DNA of 64,000 nucleotides from Octopus vulgaris. Lineage: Eukaryota. The stretch covers positions 89,342,001 to 89,406,000 of the forward strand of contig OX597818.1 in NCBI GenBank assembly GCA_951406725.2. Reading direction: 5' to 3'. Positions 1 to 12,892 of the stretch are shown piece after piece (positions within the stretch are counted from its first letter, which is position 1; every line of letters begins with the position of its first letter). Position numbers and translations under genes: made by a program. The notes beneath the pieces are model-generated. The model had not been told where the DNA came from, made no database searches, and was given only the letters and a program-made list of their open reading frames with translations.

Positions 1-1
1 C

Positions 2-297
2 TTCCGAGGCCCACAGCTCTTCAATATCCTCCCGAAGAACCTGAGAGACCTGCAGGGGGTGGATGCAGATGTCTTTAAAATGAAACTGGATCTCTTCCTG
101 TCAGGTGTCCCGGATGAACCAACTTCACGGCAGGAGGTGCAGATGAGGGCAGCTTCATCGAACTCTCTCATGCACCAAATGGCAGTTGCTAAAAAGCTTT
201 CGTGAAGTAAAACCAAGTATCAACACCAAATGGCGGTGCCCCAGCATGACCACAGCTCATGAGCTGAAACTAGAATCAATCAATCAATCAATCAATT
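2..297 (+). mobile_element. 3' end of a CR1/L2-group LINE (ORF2 C-terminus, 3'UTR stem-loop, (AATC)n tail)
   Basis: Frame 2..205 reads FRGPQLFNILPKNLRDLQGVDADVFKMKLDLFLSGVPDEP...RAASSNSL...*, the typical CR1/L2 ORF2 end (FNxLP, FKxKLDxFL); followed by the palindromic CAGCTCATGAGCTG and (AATC)n. Confidence 0.75.
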
Positions 298-303
298 AAT
301 ACA

Positions 304-335
<32 letters not shown>

Positions 336-336
336 C

Positions 337-575
337 AATTGCAGCGTGGAAGGTGTTTATAAGCCATTTAAGAAACACACAAAAGCCGTTCGATTCACTT
401 CAACATTTAAGTTTAATTTGTCAAAATATTTTCGTCGCTAAAATCCGCGACCTGTTCACTGACAAAAATCCGTGCTGTGTTTCTTAAATGGCTTACAAAC
501 ACCTTCCACGCTGCAATTGTTTTCGTTTCAGCACACGATCTCAGATCAAATTACTTGCTATGCGAGTACATCTCC
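337..575. mobile_element. Short non-autonomous PLE-like element with inverted duplication (family also at ~20598-20857 and ~63142-63686)
   Basis: Inverted repeat ~337-379 / ~477-519 (CAATTGCAGCGTGGAAGGTGTTT...); sits in (TA)n; contains an HHR-like fold; three copies in the window. Confidence 0.65.
417..466 (-). ncRNA. Minimal type I hammerhead-like motif with G3:C8 core (GUGAACA)
   Basis: Minus strand TTTGTCA-GTGAACAG-GTCGC ggatttta GCGAC-GAAA-ATATTT-TGACAAA: 7-bp stem I, 5-bp stem II, palindromic stem III. Confidence 0.55.
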
Positions 576-680
<105 letters not shown>

Positions 681-858
681 TTAGGGAATAAATCCAAATT
701 TACAAGGAAAAATCAGATTTAAGATTGAATCCAATTTTATAGTAAAATATTATATTATATCAAATTAGAGACAAAACCACTATTATGCAAATCAAACAAA
801 GAAAGACTTAAGCCAATACATAAAATAATTTATATAAATTAAAATTTAACATATGAAT

Positions 859-910
859 AACCACTACGATCGTTTCGTGTCAGCACATCTTAGACATTCT
901 TCAGGTGGTT
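859..910 (-). ncRNA. Minimal type I hammerhead ribozyme
   Basis: AACCAC-CTGAAGA-aTGTC...GACAc-GAAA-CGATCGTA-GTGGTT: canonical core, 6-bp stem I, palindromic stem III ACGATCGT, GUA triplet. Confidence 0.8.
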
Positions 911-970
911 TCAAAACCTTCTTAGCGAGTTTTAAATTATATAATTTAAAACTCGCTAAGAAGGTTTTGA

Positions 971-1022
971 AACCATCTGAAGAATGTCTAAGATGTGCTG
1001 ACACGAAACGATCGTAGTGGTT
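971..1022 (+). ncRNA. Minimal type I hammerhead ribozyme (mirror copy)
   Basis: AACCAT-CTGAAGA-atgtc...gacac-GAAA-CGATCGTA-GTGGTT; stem I has one G.U pair. Confidence 0.8.
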
Positions 1023-1124
1023 ATTCATATGTTAAATTTTAATTTATATAAATTATTTTATGTATTGGCTTAAGTCTTTCTTTGTTTGATTTGCATAATA
1101 GTGGTTTTGTCTCTAATTTGATAT

Positions 1125-1190
<66 letters not shown>

Positions 1191-1200
1191 TGTATATATG

Positions 1201-1248
<48 letters not shown>

Positions 1249-1307
1249 AACATATATATATATATATGTGTGTGTGTGTGTATGTATGTGTGTGTATATG
1301 TTTGCGC

Positions 1308-1465
1308 GTCTGTGTTTGTCCCATCACTTAGTGGCTCGACAAGAGAGACCGACAGAATAAGTACTAGGCATACAAATAATTAGTCCTCGGGTCGAGTTGC
1401 TCGACTAAAGGCGGTGCTCCAGCACGGCCACAGTCAAATGACTGAAACAAGTAAAGGAGTAAAGT
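1308..1465 (+). mobile_element. SINE family A, 3' half
   Basis: Matches the tail of full copies (GGCGGTGCTCCAGCA...CAGTCAAATGACTGAAACAAGTAAA). Confidence 0.8.
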
Positions 1466-2100
1466 TGACATGCGAAAGTGAATAAATGTAATTTCTGGTA
1501 ACGTGCATCGTTTCTAAGCGATTCAATCTACATATTGATATACTACATATAGAGAGATAGAGGGGGGGGGAGACAGACAGACATACAGACAGACAGAGAC
1601 AGAGATAGACAGGCAGAGAAGGAGAGAAAAAACAAAGATATTTTATTCCATGCGAGTAGAAATATAGGAAAAAATAGAAGTTGAAAATGTACTGAGAATA
1701 GTTAAAATATTTTTTATTAATATATTTGAAGTTTTAACCGGTTTCACAGTTTACACTGATTTTCAAATATTTCAAATAGAAAGACGTGGCTTATGTCGCA
1801 GCTGTCTTGCTCCTAACTAGTATTTGAAGTATGCCTTGATTTTATAGGGAGTTCATGGCTCAAATTAGTGTATGTTTTGAATAAGATTTGATTGGTTGAG
1901 GATAACCAAATATTACCTAGATTAGTAAAGAGCTTAAAGCAATCTTTTAGTAGGGTCCCAAGTTATGGGTCATCACAGTTCTATATTGTAAATCTGTTGA
2001 TGGACTTCAGATAAACTTGTTTTACAGGATCATATTTAAGAAACAAGTTTAAAATAATGGTCATAACATATTATTCCTTTATTAGAGCAAATTTGGCTTA

Positions 2101-2338
2101 CAGTTGTTTCCAGTAATCATTATAGGTACATTATTTATAGGTTTGTTCAGTTGGTCTACTGATCAACTGAGGTAAATTGAATGACCTAAGAAAATTAATG
2201 CTACTTTCGTTAGAGCCATTTCTGGAAGAAATACCTCTGACGAAAGTAGCATTAATTTTCTTAGCTCGTTCAACTGATCAATAGACCAACTGAGAAAACC
2301 TATTAATAATGCACCTATAATGACTACTAGAAACAGCT
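2101..2338. repeat. Diverged ~110-bp inverted repeat at the end of an AT-rich, probably PLE-derived segment
   Basis: ~2101-2215 is the approximate reverse complement of ~2235-2338 (e.g. ctaagaaaattaatgctactttcg / cgaaagtagcattaattttcttag). Confidence 0.7.
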
Positions 2339-2369
2339 AATAATTATATGTGATGACTTTTATTTTTAA

Positions 2370-2427
<58 letters not shown>

Positions 2428-2458
2428 GATGTATATATAAATATATATATATATATAT

Positions 2459-2759
2459 CACGTGATCACGTGACCGACCAGTCCATCAGATGTAGTTACA
2501 CATCGCTGGTCACAATGCGTTCGCATTGTTTTAGCCTTCGAATGACGCCACCCCGCTGGCTAAGCGAGCAGGCCAACAGAAGAAAGCGTGGGAAAAAGAG
2601 TGGTGAAAGAGTACAGCAGGGATCACCACCCCTTGCCGGAGCCTCGTGGAGCCTTTAGGTGTTTTCGCTCAATAAACACTCGCAACGCCCGATCTGGGAA
2701 TCGAAACCGCGATCCTACGACCGCGAGTCTGCTGCTCTAACCACTGGGCCATTGCGCCT

Positions 2760-2761
<2 letters not shown>
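2459..2761 (-). mobile_element. tRNA-derived SINE family C
   Basis: Head GGAGGCGCAATGGCCCAGTGG (A box) ... GGTTTCGATTCC (B box); ends in palindromic CACGTGATCACGTG; other copies at 36794 and 58041. Confidence 0.8.
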
Positions 2762-2856
<95 letters not shown>

Positions 2857-2860
2857 TACA

Positions 2861-2909
<49 letters not shown>

Positions 2910-3170
2910 AAAGCGAGATTTCTGTATATCGTAAATTTGCGGAAGAATTTGTGGTGTGGGTGGTTTAGCTTAATCACGTAGGTGTGAGTTTGAGTCTCAT
3001 AGCCAACCGCCAACACATTTTTCTGCAAAATAGGGGTAGCTTATCCTGTTCAGGCTATATTATTAGCATTATCCTGCGTTTGAGAATTTGAAATCACTTC
3101 TTTAACTTTCTAAAACATCTCAACGCTTCTAAAACAAACTTTGTTTGTTTGCGTTCATCGTAATTTGAAT

Positions 3171-3326
<156 letters not shown>

Positions 3327-3460
3327 CATACACACATACAAAGAGAGATGTAGCTAACATCTATCTATCTGTCTACCTATCTATCTATCTATCTACCTAG
3401 CTATCTATCTATCTGTCTATCTTTCTATCTATCTATCAATCTATCTATCTATCTATCTAC

Positions 3461-3514
<54 letters not shown>

Positions 3515-3590
3515 ATCTATCTATCAATCTATCTATCTATCTATCTACCTAGCTATCTATCTATCAATCTATCTATCTATCTATCTATCT

Positions 3591-6107
3591 ACGCCGCCTC
3601 TTGCCGATCCCCAGGACGATGCTCATTTACTCGAAGCGATAAGATTCGTTTCAGCTTCGCATGACTGTTTGGTACTAGGAGACTTCAACGCTCCCACGAT
3701 CGATTGGCCCGCATCAATTTGTACAACATCTTCCCGGTTCGGCCAGGCCCTTCTTGACGTGGCTGAAGATTGTTTTCTATCGCAACATGTTGAATATCCG
3801 ACAAGGCATCGGTCTGGGCAGCAGCCATCTATGCTAGATCTGGTATTCTCCCGCTATCCAAGATCAGTGTCAGACGTATCTGTGTGCGCCCCTCTTGCCA
3901 AGAGTGATCATGCGGTCCTGAAGTTTGTCATGCACACAACTTTTTCTACGCCCACGACTACTTCGCTGCCATGTAGAGTCTTCTCTGCAATTAATCTTGA
4001 AATTCTAACCGAGGCTTCCGCGCTTCTGGACTGGCGATCCCTGATGATGTTGTCCTCAGTTGACGAACTATGGTCATCCCTCAAAGCATATGTAATCTGC
4101 TTGACTGACCAGGCAGTTCCCGTTGGGCTTCCCAAGAGGAAGAAACACAAGCCCTGGGTGACGAAGAAGGTTAAACGAGAACGTCGACTCAGAGATATTG
4201 CTTGGGCTGAATTCAAAAATCTGGATTCGACTGCAGCTTTTGAGGTGTACAAAACTCAACGAGACCGAGCCGTGAAAATTGAAAAGAAAGAACGCTTCAG
4301 TTATGAATACAAAATCGCGGCAAATGCCAGTAGTAATCCAAAATCCTTCTTTGCCCATGTCCAGCGGAATTCCCGCTTGAACAACCAGATTGCAACGTTG
4401 GTAGACTCAACAGGCGTATCGATTGAGGACCCTTATCAACAGAGTCAATTATTTGCCGAGGCTTTTTCAACTATTTTCAAACAAGATGATGGTCGTGAAC
4501 CCCCTCCATTTGATAGATCGGTACCTCCAATGCTTCGATTGGTCATCACGCGGGACCAAGTCAAACGTGTTATTCAAGGCCTCGATGTCAACAAGGGTCA
4601 CGGCCCTGACGGCATCCACCCACGGGTTATCAAAGCGTTGGCTCCGGTCATCTGCGAGCCCTTAACACGACTATTCAATATGTCATTGGCGACGGGTGTT
4701 ATACCTGCAGACTGGAGAACAGCGATAATCTGCCCAATTTTCAAGAAAGGGAGCCGCGAAGACCCGCTTAACTACCGACCGGTTTCCCTTACATCAATAA
4801 TCAGCAAGATGTTCGAAACCATCCTTAAGAAAAGTATGATGCTCCACCTCCTAAACACAGCCTCGATCTCTGATTCCCAACACGGCTTCGTGCCGAAGAG
4901 ATCATGCTTGACCAACTTACTAGTAATGGAAGAATTGGTGACGCGCATCCTCGATGATAGTGATGCTGTTGACATCGTTTTATAGGACTTTGCCAAAGCT
5001 TTTGACTCGGTAAACCACCGCCTATTACTTGTCAAGCTTCAAGCATATAGTTTCCATCCGGATATTGTACGATGGGTTGGTGCCTTCCTCTCAGATCGCT
5101 CCTTCCAAGTCCAAGTTAATGGTTCGCGGTCCGACGTCTCCAGTGCGAGCAGTGGCGTGCCTCAAGGTTCAGTGCTTGGGCCCTTGTTGTTCTTAGTCTT
5201 CATAAATGACTTGCCCGACGACCTAACGCAACACACCCTTCTATTTGCCGACGATATCAAACTGGTCGCTCTTCGCGGTAATATAGAGGATCTTCGTCGA
5301 TGCCTCCACCAAATTTGGAAGTGGTCTAACGATTGGGACCTGTGTCTGAACGTGTCAAAGTGCTGTCATCTGCCTGTCGGCTCTACTCCTGCAACTCAAC
5401 TTGATTTCGAGCCGGGTCGTCTGCTGCTGGAGAGGACCGATCAGGTAAAGGACCTGGGTATCTTGGTGGATTCCTCCTTTTCGCCTTCGGCCCAGTGCGT
5501 CCATGCTGCCAACAAAGCACGCGGAATTCTGTTCTTGATTCGACGGTCATTCGGAATGCTCACAGCAGCCATATTCCTACCACTCTATGTCACGCTGGTG
5601 AGACCCATATTGGAGTATGGGATTCAAGCCTCTTCTCCTTATCTCCTCAAAGACATACAGCATCTCGAAAGAGTCCAGAAGCTGGCTACCCGCATGGTTC
5701 ATGGTCTCAAAAATTTGTCCTACGAAGAAAGGCTGAGGACGCTCGACCTTTATTCTCTTGAAAAACGCCGCCGCCGTGGTGATCTCATTCTCGCCCACAA
5801 CATCATAAGCGGAAAGTGTAACCTCTCGAAAGAGCTGTTCTTCACTCCTGCTCCAGAGCGTCGGCTGCGGGGTCATTCCGAAAAGCTCTACCTGCGACGA
5901 TTTCATCTCAATCGAAGGAGAGGAGCTTTCTCCGTCCGGGTTGCGGATCCGTGGAACAAGCTGCCAGACGAGATGGTGAAGATGCCGACGACCGCTTTGT
6001 TCAAAGCCTCCTGGACCTCAAGTGGCCTGAACTCTTTACATGAATACCACCCTGTACTTAACTCCATGTCCCCCTACATGGCCTTGCTATTTGCTTTTGA
6101 GCCAAAT

Positions 6108-6135
<28 letters not shown>
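3591..6135 (+). mobile_element. 5'-truncated CR1-type LINE, near intact (partial APE endonuclease + reverse transcriptase), (TAAC)n tail, inserted in (TATC)n
   Basis: APE motifs VLGDFN, LDLVF, SDH; RT motifs GPDGIHP, NYRPVSLTS, QHGF, DFAKAFD, GVPQGSVLGPLLF, FADD; C-terminal LERVQKLATRMV, RGH, WNKLP. Confidence 0.95.
3594..6043 (+). pseudogene. LINE ORF2 (EN-RT) with one in-frame TAG (4983-4985) and a 1-bp frameshift near 6010
   Basis: ORFs 3669-4985 and 5157-6110 share a frame; VDIVL*DFAKAFD continues in frame; adding one base near 6010 restores FKASLDLKWPELFT*. Confidence 0.85.
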
Positions 6136-6138
<3 letters not shown>

Positions 6139-6141
6139 CTT

Positions 6142-6185
<44 letters not shown>

Positions 6186-6224
6186 CCTATCTATCTATCT
6201 GTCTATCTATCTATCTATCTATCA

Positions 6225-6257
<33 letters not shown>

Positions 6258-6276
6258 CCTATCTATCTATCTATAT

Positions 6277-6492
6277 ACGAGGGAGTGCTGAAAAGTTCCT
6301 GCGTTTAGGTAAAAGAAAATACAGGAGTGTCAGTTAATCATGATATTATTCAACATATACCCCTCTCAGATTCACACACTGCTTGCAGCGGTCCTTCACT
6401 TACTCTAATCCTGGTACAAGAACTCGGCAGATTGAACCTCCAGCCGGGCCTTCCGCGACACCCTTAAAGTTATGGAACTCTTCAGTACCCCT

Positions 6493-6497
<5 letters not shown>
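6277..6497. mobile_element. Internally deleted mariner (MITE-like)
   Basis: Imperfect TIRs ACGAGGGAGTGCTGAAAAGTTCC / GGAACTCTTCAGTACCCCTAACGT; minus strand retains the transposase end KDRCKQCVNLRGVYVE*. Confidence 0.7.
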
Positions 6498-6549
<52 letters not shown>

Positions 6550-6594
6550 ATGTGTGTGAGTGTGTGTGTGCGTGCGCGTGTGTGTGTGAGTGTG

Positions 6595-6633
<39 letters not shown>

Positions 6634-6645
6634 ATATATATGTGT

Positions 6646-6701
<56 letters not shown>

Positions 6702-7050
6702 ATGTAAAGAATATGTAAAGGTAGTTGTGAGAATTGTTGCTTGTGTGTATAGGTATATGTAAATATAAATGTTGCTGTGTATTTGTATATGTATGTCTGC
6801 GTGTAGCTGTGAGTGTATGTAAGGATATATTAGAGAGAGGATCTGCATATGTATGTGAGTATATGTAAATAAAAGTGAGACTATGTATGTGTATATGTAT
6901 CTATATGTAGTGATATATGTAGGTGTGAATGCGTGCGTGGATATGTCTATAGATATTTGTTAATGTGTTTAATGATATGTGAATATGTATAGCTACATGT
7001 CTGTGTAAGTCTGTATATAGATAGATAGATAAATAGACAGACAGGTAGAC

Positions 7051-7975
<925 letters not shown>

Positions 7976-8064
7976 AGAAGAAGAAGAAGAAGAAGAAGAA
8001 GAAGAAGAAGAAGAAGAAGAAGAAGAAGAAGAAGAAGAAGAAGAAGAAGAAGAAGAAGAAGAAG

Positions 8065-8207
8065 GCCAGCAAATTTGAGGGAGAGGACAAGTCGATGACA
8101 TCGACCTCAGTGTTTAACTGGTACTTATTTTATCGACCCCGAAAGGAAGAATGGTAAAGTCGATCTCGGCGGAATTTGAACTCGGAACAGAAAGACAGAC
8201 GAAATGC
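8065..8207 (-). mobile_element. SINE family B fragment
   Basis: GAGTTCAAATTCC B box and CCTTTCGGGGTCGATAAAATAAGTACCAG core on the minus strand. Confidence 0.7.
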
Positions 8208-8271
8208 AGCAAAGGTGGGGAATAGTAGAGATGATGATGATGATGACGACGACGACGAGGAAGAGCAAGAA

Positions 8272-8303
<32 letters not shown>

Positions 8304-8322
8304 CGTCGATGAGGACGAGGAA

Positions 8323-8381
<59 letters not shown>

Positions 8382-8664
8382 CGACGACGACGATGGTGAT
8401 GTAGGGAAGAGAGGTCAGCAATTTTGACAAAGAACATCGTGAGAACGGCATAAGAGTTCAAGTCCCGTGACAGCTGGTGAATTAGACAACCTTTATTGAC
8501 ATAGGGTTCACATACAACTTATCTAATAATGAACAACACTCATGCATACATAAATGTATATGTTAACACGCACAGACATATATGCATGCATATACATACA
8601 TATGTACATATGTGTGTATATATATATATACACATATATATATATATGACATATATATATAGAA

Positions 8665-8707
<43 letters not shown>

Positions 8708-8893
8708 TATGTGCTTGAGCGTGTTCATGAATGTGTGTGTTTGTTTGTTGTGTGTTATATGTGTATTTGAATCAGTCCACAACAACCTGCTTCTCCTAAT
8801 TTCAAGAATATATTAAATAATCGGTTGTCATTATACTAGTATAAATGTGTATGTGTATGCATGTATATATACACAAATATATACATACATACT

Positions 8894-8936
<43 letters not shown>

Positions 8937-9656
8937 ATATAAATGTGTGTGTGTGTATAGCTTATGTTTGTATTAGTGCCTCTGTAAATGTGCTAGTACG
9001 TTACGCTAATAAGCGCCAATTTGGAAATATGAGGGAAATGTCACAGAAGACGGCCTTCAAATATTATTCATTTAATATGGTTGTTGTTCTTCTCCTTTTT
9101 CTCTGATTATTATTATTATTGTCGATGACGACGATGATGATGATGCTGATGACGACGACGTTACTTCTAATATTGAGGGAGAGGAATCGGGAAAATATGA
9201 TAATGACATTGATATTAGTGACGTTTAAAAAAATTTTAAATATCTAATCCGGTAAAAGTTTTTTCGAAGTACACATCCGTATACTTGTAAAAGTACACGC
9301 ACACATAAACAGACAAGCACACTCACACATACACACATACATTACTTCTCTTATGTAAGTATATAGATATACGTTCGTATACACATATGCTTATATATAC
9401 ATGCAAAATATATACATATATAAATGCATAAATCCATATACATGTGTCATTTATATATATGTAAATATATTATATATGTGTATGTATGTATATATGTATA
9501 TATGTATGTATATATATATATATACACACATACATATGCACATATATATATACATACATATACACATACACATGTGTTAGTATCTATTCATATTTATATA
9601 TATGCACGCATGTGTGTATATATATATATATGTATGTATATATATGTGTGTGTATA

Positions 9657-9714
<58 letters not shown>

Positions 9715-9943
9715 TAGGTATAAATGAATATATATAGATATATATATGTATATATGTATGTATATACATATGTATATACATATGTATAGCCTTTGACTAA
9801 CCTTTACATATGAAACCAGTTTTACGCTGTAACTAATTAGGTTTCCCAATTAGCAATCTTTGACATGACCTTTTTTTTATATTTCATTTCTTAAGCACCA
9901 CCTCCACAACACCTTACGTCTATCGCCAATACCAGCCACTCAC

Positions 9944-10168
9944 CTTCAAAACCCACCATCGAAAACACATGCATACCACGTTTGCCAGACCATTTTGTCT
10001 TCTAACTTTGAACTAGTGCAATTAAAGACGGATGTAGGTTGGGTGTTTTAACTGTACTGAATGTCACTAAATTGCCTGTTAATTCGTGCTGTTTGTCCTG
10101 GATCAGGTTCAATTAGAACTGCTGACCAGAAATTCTAGATTCCAACGATCAAATGTTAACTAAAATAG
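9944..10168 (-). other. Candidate non-coding/5'UTR exon of a host transcript
   Basis: Unique-looking sequence bounded by TCTTTTTATTGCAG (acceptor) and GAAG|GTGAGT (donor) on the minus strand; all three frames contain stops. Confidence 0.25.
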
Positions 10169-10374
10169 CTGCAATAAAAAGACCTTTAATCTTTAATTGT
10201 ATCGGCCTTTAACGTCTTCGTTTTCTTTTCTCTCTTCTTTCTCTTTTCCTTTTTATCCTTCGTCCTCTTTACTCCCTTTTTAAATCTTTTTTTCCATATT
10301 TTTATTTTCGTTCTTCTTTTTCGCATTTCCTCATTGCTTTCTTCATCTTATTATCATTCTCTTGAGTAATCGTC

Positions 10375-11175
<801 letters not shown>

Positions 11176-11541
11176 TTATACTCTAGGGGCCCGTATAAGA
11201 TTCTGTTGTTAAAACATATGAGCAAGAAATTGATTATACATCAATAATACATTTCTATTGTATACTTCTTTAATATTCTAACAATTTTTTATACAATTCC
11301 TAACAATATTCAATTATAAAATGATAATAGCAGAATCGATAATATAAGCGATTGCAAGCCCCACCAAAAAACAATAAATAGCTGATGGATTAAAATTAAT
11401 CAAAGGATATACTAACTTAGTCCCTTTGCCTTCAGACGGTTGATTTCTGTAGTTATTATCAGTGTATTTTGGCGATTTAAATAGGAGTTTTGACTGTTAT
11501 TTCCAGCAGGTAGACATACTTAGTATGTCCATTGATTAATT

Positions 11542-11542
<1 letters not shown>

Positions 11543-11622
<80 letters not shown>

Positions 11623-12105
11623 TGATAGACAGACAGACAGACAGACAAATTCATACATACATACATACATACATACATACATACATACATACATGCATGC
11701 ATGCATGCATGCATACATACATACATACATACATACATACATACATACATGCATACATACACACGCACATTCATATATATATACATACATACATGCATAC
11801 ATACATACCTACATACATGCATGCATGCATGCATACATACATACATGCATACATACATACATATATATATACATACATGCAGTCATATATACATACATAC
11901 ATGCATACATACATACATGCATACATACATACATACATACATACATACATGCATGCATACATACATACATACATACATACATACATACATACATACATAC
12001 ATACATACATACATACATACATGCATACATACATACTTGCATTCATACATACATACATACATACATACATACATACATACATACATACATACATACATAC
12101 ATACA

Positions 12106-12135
<30 letters not shown>
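11543..12135. repeat. Compound (AGAT)n/(CATA)n microsatellite
   Basis: Directly visible; representative of the many long (TA)n, (CA)n, (GATA)n, (CATA)n and (ATT)n tracts. Confidence 0.95.
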
Positions 12136-12136
<1 letters not shown>

Positions 12137-12761
12137 TACATAATAGTGAAAGTTAACTGGTGACCGAGTATGACAACTTTCTAAAGTCAGCAAGACCTTG
12201 CAAACGTTCCAACATTCAGAGAAGTTCTTGTGCATTAATTCGTTTTGAATGGATCAAGTGTTGCGTGGTACTGAACCCACTTTTCTGCACAACCAGCCAT
12301 AAAACCAGTAGCTCAACGTGTATATACTGGCAACGATGCGGGAGGGCAGCGAACATAAAAAATTTCGCCCCATCTCTAGGAAGAACATTAGATAAATGGA
12401 CAACCTAGAATCGGATAATCTAGTACCTAGGTTTCGGACTCTTCAAATATGTTTGTTATCGTAAATTTGATTAGTCTTCTTCAGCTAAATTTACTTGGAC
12501 AATATTTCAAATGTCACTACATCAATGCCAGTATACTCGTCTGAACGTCTAGTCGTTAATAGACTGAGAAAAGTGAAAAAAATTTCAATGAAAAATAAAA
12601 AAATATTGCAATACAAATGTATTACTTTCCAGTAAAATAAAACACCGTAAAGGTAGAAGTATAAATATAGAGTAGTGGTACAACAAGGCACCAATGTTTA
12701 CTGGAAATAGCAGTCGATACATCTACAACGCTTTACGGTGCTTTATTTTATATACATACAT

Positions 12762-12864
<103 letters not shown>

Positions 12865-12892
12865 TAGATATAGATATACGTATACATATATA

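Larger units (their letters stand above)
757..1124. repeat. 368-bp spacer-less palindrome (PLE pseudo-LTR type)
   Basis: Arms are reverse complements about the centre 940/941 (tttaaattat|ataatttaaa), nearly identical by eye. Confidence 0.9.

Noticed and set aside
1728-1773. Hammerhead-like TTGAAAA...GAAACCGGTT (possible U3:A8 variant, minus strand)
   Set aside because: Stem I barely pairs, 10.1-11.1 is a mismatch, single copy in AT-rich DNA
4983-4985. Programmed stop read-through in the LINE ORF2
   Set aside because: It falls at a conserved residue position before DFxKAFD; a nonsense mutation is simpler
8176-8461. Poly-Asp/poly-His ORFs
   Set aside because: (GAT)n tract adjoining a SINE fragment
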